Source of the DNA: Somniosus microcephalus
Taxonomy: Eukaryota
DNA: 64,000 nucleotides
Assembly: GCA_052327205.1 (NCBI GenBank)
Contig: CM126230.1
Coordinates: forward strand, 12,958,001 to 13,022,000
Reading direction: 5' to 3'
Under the pieces are notes generated by a model. The model worked only from the letters and a program-made list of their open reading frames with translations, was not told the DNA's origin and made no database searches. Positions 13,801 through 24,757 of the stretch are shown in pieces; the stretch's first letter is position 1; every line of letters starts with the position of its first letter. A program made the position numbers and the translations under genes.

Positions 13801-14970
13801 TTAATGTACAGCATCCGTGTGATTATTTAATAATAGCATATCCACTGAACCACGGATCTAACAGTGATTCCACCCAAGTTAAGGGAGAGAGTGCTAAATG
13901 AGCTTCATGAAGGTCATCTGAGAGGGGTGAAAATGAAAAGCCTTGCTAGGGCTTATGTGTGGTGGCCGGGGATTGATCAACAAATCGAGGACCTAACCAA
14001 GAGCTGCTCAGGATGCCAGAAGGTCCAAAATGCACCACCACATGCCCCTCTACACCCATGGGAGTGGCCCTCCTCTCCATGGCAATGGGTGCATATTGAT
14101 TTTGCTGGTCCATTCATGGACTCAATGTTCTTAATAGCAGTGGATGCTCACTCGAAATGGCCTGAGGTGATAAAAATGTCCTCAACTACTGCAGAGATAA
14201 TGATTGCAGTCCTACGGACCATATTTGCCAGGAACGGCTTGCCAGAGCAGATTTGCTCTGATAATGGACCACAGTTTGTGTCCGAAGAGTTTCGAAAATT
14301 TATGAGAAGGAATGGGGTAAGGCATAACACATCCGCCCCGTATCATCCAGCCACAAATGGATTGGCTGAGAGGTTCGTACAAACCTTTAAGAAGGCGATA
14401 AAGGCCATGTGCGATGACGAAATTCCACTACAGCATAAGGTGGACAATTTCCTATTAGCCTACAGAAATGCGACACATGCAGTCACCAACCAGACCCCGG
14501 CCATGATGTTCTTTAACCGAAGGTTGAGATCTCGTCTGGATTTGCTCTGACCAAATGTGCGAAGAAATGTTGAGGATAAACAATTCCAGCACATCAATGA
14601 GAAGCCGACAAGGAGCTTCAATGTAGGACAACCAGTCTTGGCCCGTGACTGCCAAACAGAGAAATGGCAACCCGGAACGATATGCACAAGGCAGGGGCCA
14701 TTAATGTACACAGTGGATGTCGGGGAGAACATTGTGAGACGCCACGTCGATCAGATCTTAGCGTCACAGGAACGAGTCAACCCCATGTCTCGAGTACCTG
14801 GGGATGAACCCGACATATCGGTAGCATCTACCTCCGAACCAGTAGCAGTGGAAACCGATGAACTAACCGACGAAAAGGGGCCAGAATCGCCTCCGCACCA
14901 AGAACAAGAACCTAAGGAAAGGCGCTATCCTGAAAGGATCAGGAAGCCGCCCCAAAGACTGAATCTATAA
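10807..14970 (+). pseudogene. Disrupted gag-pol polyprotein
   Basis: Probable ATG at 10807 (MPKSGSISTFD...EDW..Y). Motifs: two CCHC knuckles (CYRCGRTTHDQKDC, CRQCRKAGHIARVC), protease LDTGSA, RT YLDD, RNase H LACDAS, integrase HEGH/CSGC, HIDFAGP, SDNGPQF, GLAERFVQTFK. Lesions: 1-nt frameshift in the A-run near 13185-13190, TAG at 13347-13349, solo LTR at 13652-13863, TGA at 14548-14550. Confidence 0.93.
13652..13863 (+). mobile_element. Nested solo LTR (212 bp) of a related Gypsy subfamily, inserted in the host integrase
   Basis: TGTAGTG...TCTAACA flanked by TSD GTGAT (13647-13651 and 13864-13868); about 23 differences from the 3' LTR; removing it restores ...GSRVVIPPKLRERVLNELHEGH. Confidence 0.95.
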
Positions 14971-15042
14971 ATGGACTATTGTTGTTTAATGTACATGTTA
15001 AAGTGTTAATTGTTATTTGAATATTATGGGTACTGCTAATCT

Positions 15043-15055
15043 AAAAGGGGAGGAA
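15043..15055 (+). promoter_or_regulatory. Polypurine tract AAAAGGGGAGGAA
   Basis: One nt upstream of the 3' LTR. Confidence 0.9.
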
Positions 15056-15056
15056 T

Positions 15057-15268
15057 TGTAGTGTATGTACCTTTAAGAGAGAACTACTTTTACAGCTCCT
15101 GTATACTGTAGTACCGGCAGTGACCACACCTGTATATAAGCCTTGAGCATGCCTCTGTACCCCCAGTCTTGAGACTACCCTACTCCAGTAAATACCTGTT
15201 GATTGTTAAGTTACAGCATCCGTGTGGTTATTGAAAAACATCATACTCTCAGAATCACGGATCTAACA
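15057..15268 (+). repeat. 3' LTR (212 bp)
   Basis: Direct repeat of 9968-10179, followed by TSD ATAAT. Confidence 0.95.
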
Positions 15269-15699
15269 ATAATAATGAAGGATTAATATTTCTCTCTGTG
15301 TGTCTATATCTATATATTGTACATATATATATATATATGTTTATACATGCTCACACGCACACTATTATATACGCAGTATGTTATTTTCCTGTATGAATTT
15401 TACAACGGCTGTATCCGCACATGTTTATACATAATACCACTGCCTAGAGTTATGGAGGGTAGATTATTCTTTATAATATATACATGCATTGTTTCCCAAC
15501 AATAAAAATGTATTATTTCCTTGTATTATGTGAAGAGCTGTCCCGTATGATAAACAAACAATGCTATTTCCCCAAAGTGCTTTTGCCTGATATCCTGTAT
15601 TTAAGCCATCTAAACATGGTCTAATGGCCTTGATGTAAATAATTTGCTCCTAACCGCTCCCTTAATAAGAATTTTAAATCGGTGACCTCTTATCACTCA

Positions 15700-15850
15700 C
15701 TCCTCAACCAGGGGAAATAGTCTTTCCTTCATCATCTTATATTTTATCATTTCAAAAACCACAATTAAATCTTTTCACCTTCTCTGCTCTGATAGAAACA
15801 GCCCCAGTTTTCTCAAGTCTCTCCTCATAACTGTAGCTTCTCATTGCTAA
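15700..15850 (-). mobile_element. Old CR1-type LINE ORF2 fragment
   Basis: Reverse strand reads YEERLEKLGLFLSEQRR, the CR1 C-terminal motif. Confidence 0.65.
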
Positions 15851-15949
15851 TGCTACCCTGAGGTAGAGAGGGTCCTGATGTCTTTCACACGAAAATGTGA
15901 ATCATTTTTATCTCCCGCGAACTTTACTGGATAGAAGCCTTGTGTGCTT

Positions 15950-16522
15950 AGAATTATAGAATCATAGAAATTTATGGCACAGAAGAAGGCCATTTGGCCC
16001 ATCATGTCTTAGTCCGTAGCCCTGCAGTTAACAGCACTTCAAGTACATATCCAAGTACAGGTTGAGCGTCCCAAATCCAGAGTTCCGAAACCCTGAATGT
16101 TCCGGAATCCGGACTCCGGGACGATTGGTGGCAGGGGTCCAGAATCCGTAAAATGTCCCGGAATCCGGACACCCTGAGGGAGGCTTACCAAAAACCGGAA
16201 CCTGTGCCCAGGCATTTCCAGACTCGGCAGGTGTTTCTGATGTCCAAAGTCTGGAACAATCGCAAACTGGGCTCGGGCGTTTCCGGACTTCGGACATCAG
16301 AAACACGTCCCGAAGTCCGGAAAACCCCAAAAACCGGCTCGGCCTCGGTCCCGAGGTTGCCGGATTTGGGATATTCTACCTGTACTATTTAAATGCGATG
16401 ACGGTTTCTGCCTTAACCACACTTTCAGGCAGTGAGTTCCAGACTCCCGCCACCCTCTGGATGAAAAAAGTTCTCCTCAACTCCCCTCTAATCCTCCTAC
16501 CAATTACTTTAAATCTCTGCCC
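15950..16522 (-). mobile_element. CR1/HER1-type LINE 3' fragment split by a MITE
   Basis: (ATCATAGA)n-like tail and GGCCATTTGGCCCATC hairpin; LINE sequence resumes after 16384. Confidence 0.75.
16058..16382. mobile_element. Tigger/pogo-type MITE (MER46/Tigger4-like)
   Basis: TIRs CAGGTTGAGCGTCCCAAATCC and GGATTTGGGATATTCTACCTG; TA duplicated at 16056-16057 and 16383-16384. Confidence 0.85.
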
Positions 16523-16678
16523 ATAATGGCTTCTGACCCATTCTAACCATGAAAGCCCCAAGTTGGATTCCTGCTCTGTGCCAAATTACCTGATCTCAGC
16601 CATACCAGCAGTGAGGACGTTGCAATTGACCCGAATATCCCTGGACTATGGAGGGGAAAAATCAGCCGTGAATTGCCC

Positions 16679-16947
16679 TGAATTGAATCAGTCACTATTA
16701 CTATTCGTGCTGAATTTAATTTATCATTATTACTAACTGTCTTGAATTGTCAATTGTTATTACTCTCTCTGGTGAATTGAATCAGTTGCTATTACTGTCT
16801 GTCTAGAATTGTCAGTCACTATTACTAACTGTGATGGATTAAAACTGTCACTATTACTCTATCCTGAATTGTCAGGCACTATTATTACAAGTGCTAAATC
16901 GAATCAGTTGCTGAACTATCAGTTGATATTACTTTTCCTCTTGAATT
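16679..16947. repeat. Degenerate ~30-bp minisatellite, about 8 copies
   Basis: Recurrent TGAATTG(AA)TCAGTCACTATTACT motif. Confidence 0.7.
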
Positions 16948-17756
16948 TGGTGAGAGGCATAAACTGTATTGTATGCATTTCAATTACACAAAACCTATTG
17001 TAAAATTACAGGACAATATCCGACCCTTCAAGAGTCTACTCTGGGACATTTTCTGGGATGTTGCACAGTTTTTGATGCTACTATCACTCAGGGCGAAAGG
17101 AGATGAACGTGCTGGCTCACTGACCGATGCATCAGTCGCCTGTTCGATACATATGTGGACAGCAAATTGGCTGAGACTGTAGATGATGCCCATGACAGTC
17201 TGGAATAAGGCACAGCAAACAAGTCGAGGGAGGAAGGTGAGCTTGACTAGCATTGGCAGCGCCACACCTGTGCTGCAGGCTGGTTGCAAGTGTCCTCACC
17301 GCAAATGGCAACTGCCTTTGTGTTCACCAAGGGCTTGTGGAGTCATTTACTCATGGTCAATGCCAGTTAGATGTGTCAGGGCCTGCAGATATGGTGGATG
17401 GTCTAATGGCATGTGTAGATCGTCTGGTCCTGGTGCCAAGTGATCTCCCCGCTATGCCTTCTTTCATCTTGTAACACTTCATCTGTGAAATACTGTTTGT
17501 GGTGCTTCAAAACCAACACCCATCATTAATTTTAACTTGGCTTGCTGACTGCCATGGATCTCTTCAGTTGCCTGTTGCTCTCTGACTAACCATCAAAGTT
17601 TGTGTTATGAGAGTTCCTTTTTCATGTCCTCACGTTTTTTCAACATTCCCTAGTCTGCTTAAGTCTTGTAAATGTTTCAATTAAAGTCAGCTTCCTACTG
17701 AATTAGCAGACAATATTTGGCTATTTTACTTGGTTTTCTTTTACCACTCCTCTGCA

Positions 17757-18097
17757 AAACATAAGAACATAAGAAATAGGAGCAGGAGTCGGCCATACGG
17801 CCCTTCAAGCCTGCTCCGCCATTCAATAAGGTCATGGCTGATCTTCTATCTCATCTCCACCTTCCCGCACTATCCCCATATCCCTTTATATCCAAAAATC
17901 TAGCGATCTCTGTCTTGAATATACTCAACAACTGAGCCTCCACAGCCCTCTGGGGCAGAGAATTCCAAAGATTCACCACCCTCTGAGTGAAGAAATTTCT
18001 CCTCATCTCAGTCCTAAATGGCCGACCACTTATTCTGAGACTGTGACCCCTAGTTCTCGACTCCACAGCCAGGAGAAACACCCTCCCAACATCTACC
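17757..18097 (-). mobile_element. CR1/HER1-type LINE 3' end
   Basis: ACATAAGAACATAAGAAATAGGAGCAGGAGT tail; translation FRTEMRRNFFTQRVVNLWNSLP. Confidence 0.9.
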
Positions 18098-18964
18098 TTG
18101 GGATTTGGCCCTTTATAAATGTAAGTTGATGCTATTTTACGTCCCACATAAACATGCTGTAAAACTAGAATACAAAAAGTAAACACTGGAAAAGCCTCAG
18201 ACCTTTTAAGAGCCCTATCGCTCATGTAGATTTCCCTTAAGCACACTTTAGATGGGTGAGAGGAGAAATCAGCCTATGCTGGATGGAAAATCACCCTACG
18301 CTTCTCATAAATGCATTATAGTATTTAAAGAAAGCTATGGCTCTTTTGCAGTGAGTCTAAAAGGGCCTCCTGGAAAATCATACCTAGCACTAAAGTGGTA
18401 CAGACCTGGCTCTATGAGTCTGAGTCAAATATTCCAGTCTCCCAGCGACTGTTCCACTCCAGTGTCCCCTGGCCTTAAGCGACTTAGTAGTTAGGTATTT
18501 TGTGGTGCAGAATGCAGAACAGTCTGGATACTATATGCATCCTCTGCAACCAGACATCTACAACTAGCAATTTCAATCTATCGAGCCTATTGTACAAGTG
18601 GCATTTGAGGGTTAATGAGGTATAGCATTCATAGCTGGGAGGAACTGCTGCATTTCGTTACTATTTAGTGAAACAGCAACAATATCAATTTCTTATACTT
18701 TGTATTTTCATCCTTGTGGGTACAGAGGTCCAGGAAAAGCATCCAGCAATTCATTCCGTTTTATTGGAAGACTCTTAATTGGGATCTGAGAAGGAAGGGA
18801 ACACAGCAGCTGCTTCACTTGCTTCCACAATGTCACGGGAACGAGCCTTTTCATATCGGACCAACTGCGCATGAACAAATGGAATTTGAAGTGGCCAGGT
18901 CCAATCCTCGCTTCGTCTCTGTGAACTGGGTGAAGCGGTGCAACAATTTGTCTCACTATCCATG

Positions 18965-19157
18965 GGTAGGGAGAAGAAAAATCAGTCAGGCATCCTGCTC
19001 CTGATTGCCAACCAGTGTCCCTCCAGGAAAGTGCACGTGTGCGAAATGCATGAAGGATGTGATGCCTTCCATGGTTCAATAACCCATCACGTGAGTTAAC
19101 ACATGAAAAATGTTCACTTAGACAGGGCACTAGAGGACAGCTGGTGGACATGGAGCG
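18965..19157 (+). mobile_element. Fragment of an ancient SINE family (AmnSINE2-like)
   Basis: Shares AAAAATCAG.CAGG...CCTGCTCCTGAT...TGTGATGCC...CACATGAA blocks with about 11 other copies in the window; family name recalled. Confidence 0.6.
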
Positions 19158-19505
19158 AGACTCTTTCTTTCTTTTCCAGCACCTGGGTTCAAGCTCACCC
19201 TATGCTGACTGGGTGAACGTCTCCTCTTCCTTGGCCAGCTGTCGGAGCCCTACATGGGCAGTCTCAACCCAGGTTCAATTGAATGAGAGGATGAGGAACG
19301 AAACTGTCAAAAGTCCAGGATAAATTGTCACTGAGCTGTCAATTTCACTCAGAGATCATAAGAATAGAAAGTTTCCCAATGGTTCAATAGGAGTATATTT
19401 CTGAGATTGGGATTAAGCTTCTTCCAGGGGCAGAACAGAGGGAGCTTCACATTGTACCTAACTTCTGCCTATAGCTGACCTGGGAGTCCTTGATTGTGGA
19501 GAATG

Positions 19506-19799
19506 CTTCACTATATATTTAGCCCATGCTATATGAGACTAACGAGTGCGTGATCTTCACTCTATATTTAACCCATGCTATATGAGACTAACGAGTGCGT
19601 GATCTTCACTCTATATTTAACCCATGCTATATGAGACTAATGAGTGCGTGATCTTCACTCTATATTTAGCCCATGCTATATGAGACTAACGAGTGCGTGA
19701 TCTTCACTCTACATTTAACCCATGCTATATGAGACTAATGAGTGCGTGATCTTCACTCTATATTTAACCCATGCTATATGAGACTAGAGAGAGTGTGAT
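19506..19799. repeat. 49-bp tandem repeat, 6 near-identical copies
   Basis: Unit CTTCACTCTATATTTAACCCATGCTATATGAGACTAACGAGTGCGTGAT starting at 19506, 19555, 19604, 19653, 19702, 19751. Confidence 0.95.
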
Positions 19800-20069
19800 G
19801 CTGATGTTGTCTACCAAAGAAAGCCTTCTCTTTCCCAGTGCTGAAATCCCTCACTGTGGTGAGAAAAAAACAAAAGGCACACTGCGAGAGATTATTTTAG
19901 ATAAAAATGCAGGGCCATGTCTATTGAACAAAAGGCAGATGATTTCCTAGAGGCAGTTGATCTCCGTGCTCAATGGTCAGTCATGTCTGATGTGAGCACT
20001 GAAGACAGGCAACTTGAGAAAGGTGCCTATGTGTTTGAGACATATAGATAAACTGTGATCAGTATAAGT

Positions 20070-20300
20070 CCAAACTCAGGAGCCCTGGATTAGGGAGGGA
20101 AAACATTATCCACAGTCCTGGTTACCTCATCGTGACCCCCATGCTGGGAAGTGTGGGTGTTAAGGTCAAAATCAAACTCAACTGTGATACCCCCTTCCCA
20201 TGGTCACATTGCACAGCTTGAGCTGAAACATGAAGAATGCTCAGGGGTCTGCATCCATCGAACTGAACCCAAGCACCCTGAGGAGAGGAGGGGTAAAAGG
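20070..20300 (+). mobile_element. Ancient SINE fragment (AmnSINE2-like)
   Basis: CCCTGGATTAGGGAGGGAAAA...CATGAAGAATG...AGGAGAGGAGGGG blocks. Confidence 0.55.
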
Positions 20301-21647
20301 TAGAAAGACACAGGTCATTCCAAAGTTATTTCCCGTTTGATTTCTATCCCCTTGTTGGGAATTATAATTTACACCCTACCCTCGCTCACCCCCTCTCCCC
20401 TCACCGCCCTCACCCCCCCCCTCCGCCCCACTCCACAACCCCCACCCCACACGGTGATATTTTCAAGCTTTGCATAAAGAAAACCGAACACATGGGGACG
20501 GTCTCTGACTAATCGTAATTACAGGTCTGTCTGGAAACGGTACAAGGCACCGAGTTGAAGATTAAGTCAGTGGCAATCAGATGGGCCACACACGCCACTC
20601 ATCGGGGGGAATTGAATTCTGTTTCTGCTGCCACACTGAAAACAGAAAGGACCTCTGCTGAGAGAGAATAAGTCTTATCCTTTAGGCTATTTCCTTTTTG
20701 TCTTTTCAATTGGTTCCCCATCAGAAAGGGAAAAAAAAAAATCTTAATTTGTGAATTAATAGGTTTTCTCAGCAGAATTGCAAATTTTGTTTTAAATGTC
20801 ACATTTCACACACAGTGGAGAACCTCTCTGCTCTGGGAACAATCACAGTCCTTCTTTCCAATAGCCACTGAGGGTAACATGCTACTTTTAATTTACAATA
20901 ACACATGACAAAGGCAGAAATAATGGGCCTTATGACACCTGTGTCCCCTAAGCTTTCTCCAAAGACACAGTGTACATAATAGACGTCACACTACATTATC
21001 TCATTGTCCTTTTCTGGACCTTTTACCGAGGCCCCTCATATCCTCTGAAATTGGTAAGCGATGATTCCCACATTAGCCCAGAATTAATGACTCCAATTTG
21101 GTCACCAACTCAAGTTATCAGTTCTTCGCACCACACTCTGTATAATGTCAAAAAAAAAGGGCTTTTGTTTTTTGAGGTGGTGTGTGGCAGGAGTTATATT
21201 AACCCAAGGTGATTGAATATGCAATTTACTTTCACCTTCCTGTCAGGAGCCTGGGAGCAGTCAGGACTGAGCCTGCCTCCGCCGTGGCTGTCAGTGTTTC
21301 AGCCACGCTGCCAGACTCCCACCTACCTCCATTCTTCTTGCAAATTACATTTTCAAATTGGTTTCTGTTTTACAAACAAAGGTAATAGGAACAAATAAAA
21401 CATTCCAATATATACTGGGGTCTGTCAGTCTCCAGAGTGTCAATTACTGATGTACAATTTTGTTTTTCCTATTGCAGTACCTTATCTTTGAAATTTAACA
21501 CCTCCCTGTTTAGTTCGAAAGTCCCCTCCCAAAATAAGTGAGGTAAAAGTTTCTACTTGAAAAATATCCGGAGGACAAAACTCCCCTAAATATCATTCCT
21601 TTGCCAAAATAAGCTCGGGTGTAATCACTGTGTATTGATCTTGTGAA

Positions 21648-22190
21648 TGTTCAAATCCCTCCATTGCCTCGCCTCTCCCTATCTCTGTAACCACCACCAG
21701 CCCTACAACCAACATTCCCACTAAGCTGCATGGCCATGGGGCCATGCAACCGTGCAGCTGTCTGCCGGTCCCGCGCAGCCCGGGACCGGCTTTTCAAATG
21801 TGAAATTTTGCACATGCGCGAAACTTTGAATGGGCCGTGCAGCCCGTTAAAGGGACCGCGGACCCCCCCCCAAAAAATTAGGCGGAACGTTAAATACAAC
21901 CCTTCAAGATCTCTGCACTCCTCCAATTCTGGCCTCTTGCGCATCCCTAATTTTAATCACTCCACCATTGGCTGCCGTGCCTTCAGTTGCTCAGGCCCTA
22001 AGTTCTGGAATACCCTCCCTAAACCTCTCTGCCTCACTACCTCTCTCTCCTCCTTTAAGATGCGCCTTAAAACCTACCTTTTGGTCATCTGTCCTGATAA
22101 CTCGTTATGTGGCTTGGTGTCAAACTTTATCTGAAAACGCTCCTGTGAAGCGTTATGTTAAAGGCGCTATATAAATGCAAGTTGTTGTTG
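21648..22190 (+). mobile_element. L2-type LINE 3' fragment interrupted by a MITE
   Basis: GCRAFSCSGPKFWNTLP motif and AAAGGCGCTATATAAATGCAAG(TTG)n tail. Confidence 0.85.
21710..21892. mobile_element. hAT-like MITE
   Basis: Ends CAACATTCCCACTAA and TTAGGCGGAACGTTA; flanking 8-mers CCTACAAC/AATACAAC; L2 sequence is continuous across it. Confidence 0.7.
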
Positions 22191-22319
22191 AAATGTATCG
22201 ATATTGTCATGCATGTAGAAATACATAGACACAATACTACAGATAGTCTTCAATTTTTCCTAGTGGGAATATTGAGTTTAGAATTAACCTTTCAAACATT
22301 GTCGCTGGTTCCCTAATGT

Positions 22320-22670
22320 CCTAATGTATAAAAGCACTGCCCTCTGCAGCAGGAAGCCAGACGGAACATAAGGTCCACTCCCGGTCACTAACTGATCTCA
22401 GCCACAGCAGCAGTAAGGGCAGGACAGTCAGTTGGCCTCAGCACCCTCTGGGTGGGGGGGGCGGGGGGCGGGAGGGACATATACACAAGCGTTCCTGCTG
22501 TCCCGTGACCTCCAGTGAAAAGCTCCTGTGTGCAGGTGTCAGCTCAGTCATGGTGCATCCCACAATCAAATAATTTGCCAAAACCGGCATCCTAGGCAGA
22601 CAGAGGAATGGTTGATTGAGTGGCTGTACCTTCAGGGGAGGAGCAGAGGAGATAGTTCTGTGTGGAGGGG
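22320..22670 (+). mobile_element. Ancient SINE (AmnSINE2-like), diverged
   Basis: CTGATCTCAGCC...TTGGCCTCAGCACCC...CCTTCAGGGGAGGAG blocks. Confidence 0.55.
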
Positions 22671-22749
22671 GAATGCATTCATTATCATGAAGCTTTTCAA
22701 AAGATAGGGTACTGTATACCTGACTGAAGCCCCTATCAACAACAACAAC

Positions 22750-22855
22750 ATTACAACAGTAACTCCACTTCAAAAGTACTTCATTGACTGTAAAGCGCTT
22801 TGAGACGTCCGGTGGTTGTGAAAGGCGCTATATAAATGCAAGACTTTCTTTCTTT
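22750..22855 (+). mobile_element. Deu-domain SINE (SacSINE1-like) 3' tail
   Basis: CACTTCAAAAGTACTTCATTG.CTGTAAAGCGCTTTG...AAAGGCGCTATATAAATGCAAG. Confidence 0.75.
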
Positions 22856-23077
22856 ATTTATTTATATAATGCCTTTAAGGTAGTAAAATGTCCCAAGGCG
22901 CTTCACTGGGGTGTTATCAGACAAAAATTGACACCAAGCCAAAGAAGGAGATATTCGAACAGGGGACCAAATGCTTGGTCAAAGAGGTAGGTTTTAAAGA
23001 GCGTCTTAAAGGAGGAGAGAGAGGCGGAAAGGTTTAGGGAGGGAATTCCAGAGCTTAGAGTCTAGACAGCTGAAGAC
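22856..23077 (-). mobile_element. L2-type LINE 3' fragment
   Basis: Reverse-complement match to 21960-22190 and direct match to 35050-35290. Confidence 0.8.
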
Positions 23078-24738
23078 CTCAACAGGAGTGTCGAGCCGGT
23101 CACCTCCTACATACCATGGATGCTACGTCATCTTAACAACATTTCCTCCTTACCAATAGAGAATGGTGTTCCCTCTTGATCATAAAGTATTTAAAATAAA
23201 AGTTAGTCTGATGCTCAGCACCCCTCCCACACTCTGTGAGAGCTACACAGATGAGTGTGAGGCGATAGGGTCACATTGAAACATGTATCTTCAGATCTGC
23301 TCCGCCCAGTTACATTCAACATAGCCGTTGTGATGAGGGAGTGCGTTACTCCGTCTTCTCACTAATTCAGCATCAGTGGTGACGATTAGTAATTCTACCA
23401 TCCACCAAGATTAAGTTGGGCTGGAATTGTTTTTTTCATTCCAGTCCTGACATGGTTCAGGGCTTTATAGTGCCACTTCATGCTCTCGGCTAGTCCAGGT
23501 CTCACTGTCAAGTGCCGTTTTACTTTCATATTATCAGTTCATTTGTATTTTTCTCAGTCGACCTGCTGTGGCATTGCTCATGGAGAGCCAGAGGAAATGC
23601 TGCTTTATGACTCTACGGGGCGTCCTACCCTGAAACGCACATTCTGTTATCAGAGCCAGATGGCGCCTGTATTATGTGGCATTCTGGGATTTGGGGATCG
23701 AATTCCTCGAGCCTATGAGAACAGTGGCTATGATTATTTTATGCTTCTACCTATGCACTCAATTTTAACTCTCACCTTTCTTGAAGCTCAAGATACACAG
23801 AAAATGGTAGGCAACATTTAGCAGTCCAGAGATTGGCATTTAGCTGCACTGGGGAGGGGACGGGGTGGGGGGGGGGGGGAGATCCTGGGGTTTGGTACCA
23901 TTGGGAGGAAGGTGATCTGGACAGATGCAGGTCTGCAGCCATGGTGATAATAGCTCCCATCCAAAACATTCTTGTTCAAAAAAGATGCAAACGTCCCTTC
24001 CCTTGATTTTACGTTACCCACACAACTGTTTACTAAGCATGTTTTTTTTAAATCTGGAAGTATAAGTAAAACACAACTGCCTGTAGTTGGTCATTTTCCT
24101 TTGTGACATATTAAGCTGAAAGGCTTTCGCGATTCAATTCCAATTTGTTTTTTGTTGGTCAAATCAGCTCAGATATCATTTTACGATCTCAGGAACGAGA
24201 TGAAGAAAAATAAAATATTCCATTAGCTTAAATATTATATTATTACTGAAGAGTGTTTTCAAATTCTGAGCACCTGTTCATAAAGCATTAGCCCTGGCTC
24301 AGTGGCGCAAACTTTATTTTGAACATTAGACATTTCAGCTACTAACAAAAAGTGGCAGGCTAAAGGATCTCGATTTTTTCTGGAGACTTGATTGGTCCAG
24401 GTTCCCCTTGGCTATATTTATAGATTTTGGTTGCATTTTTTAGCTACTGAATTGTGATTTGTTCAATATGGAATTTGAGTGAATCAAAAAGGTAGAACAA
24501 GGAAGCATAACTAAAACCTTGAGCATGTGAATCAGGCAGTGTGCTACCGATATGTGAGTGAATCAAAAAGTGCAAAAAAACAGAGTGGGGCACAATTTAT
24601 TGTGATGTACGTGCTATCATACAGTTTTTAATAATATTACCAATAAATTGCTTGTGTGGTGCCCATGGTTAGTTGATGAATATATACTTTTTTTAATATA
24701 CACAAGATGGGGACAGAGACACTTTGAAACTCCCTCTA

Positions 24739-24757
24739 CAGTGCCACCTACTGGCCA
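24739..24757 (-). promoter_or_regulatory. CTCF core motif TGGCCAGTAGGTGGCACTG
   Basis: Fits the consensus CCASYAGRKGGCRS exactly; binding not shown. Confidence 0.6.

Larger units (their letters stand above)
9968..15268 (+). mobile_element. Full-length Ty3/Gypsy LTR retrotransposon (Mag-like), decayed, antisense to pax2
   Basis: Two 212-bp LTRs (TG...CA), 5-bp TSD ATAAT (9963-9967 and 15269-15273), PBS, PPT, and gag-PR-RT-RH-IN domain order. Confidence 0.96.

Noticed and set aside
13652-15268. A separate short LTR element bounded by the internal and 3' LTRs
   Set aside because: The internal LTR has its own TSD on both sides and no PBS, and the ATAAT TSD pairs the outer LTRs
17000-18960. Short ORFs in the non-repeat sequence as exons
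   Set aside because: No recognisable motifs or pax2 similarity; may be very old transposon debris that I cannot classify
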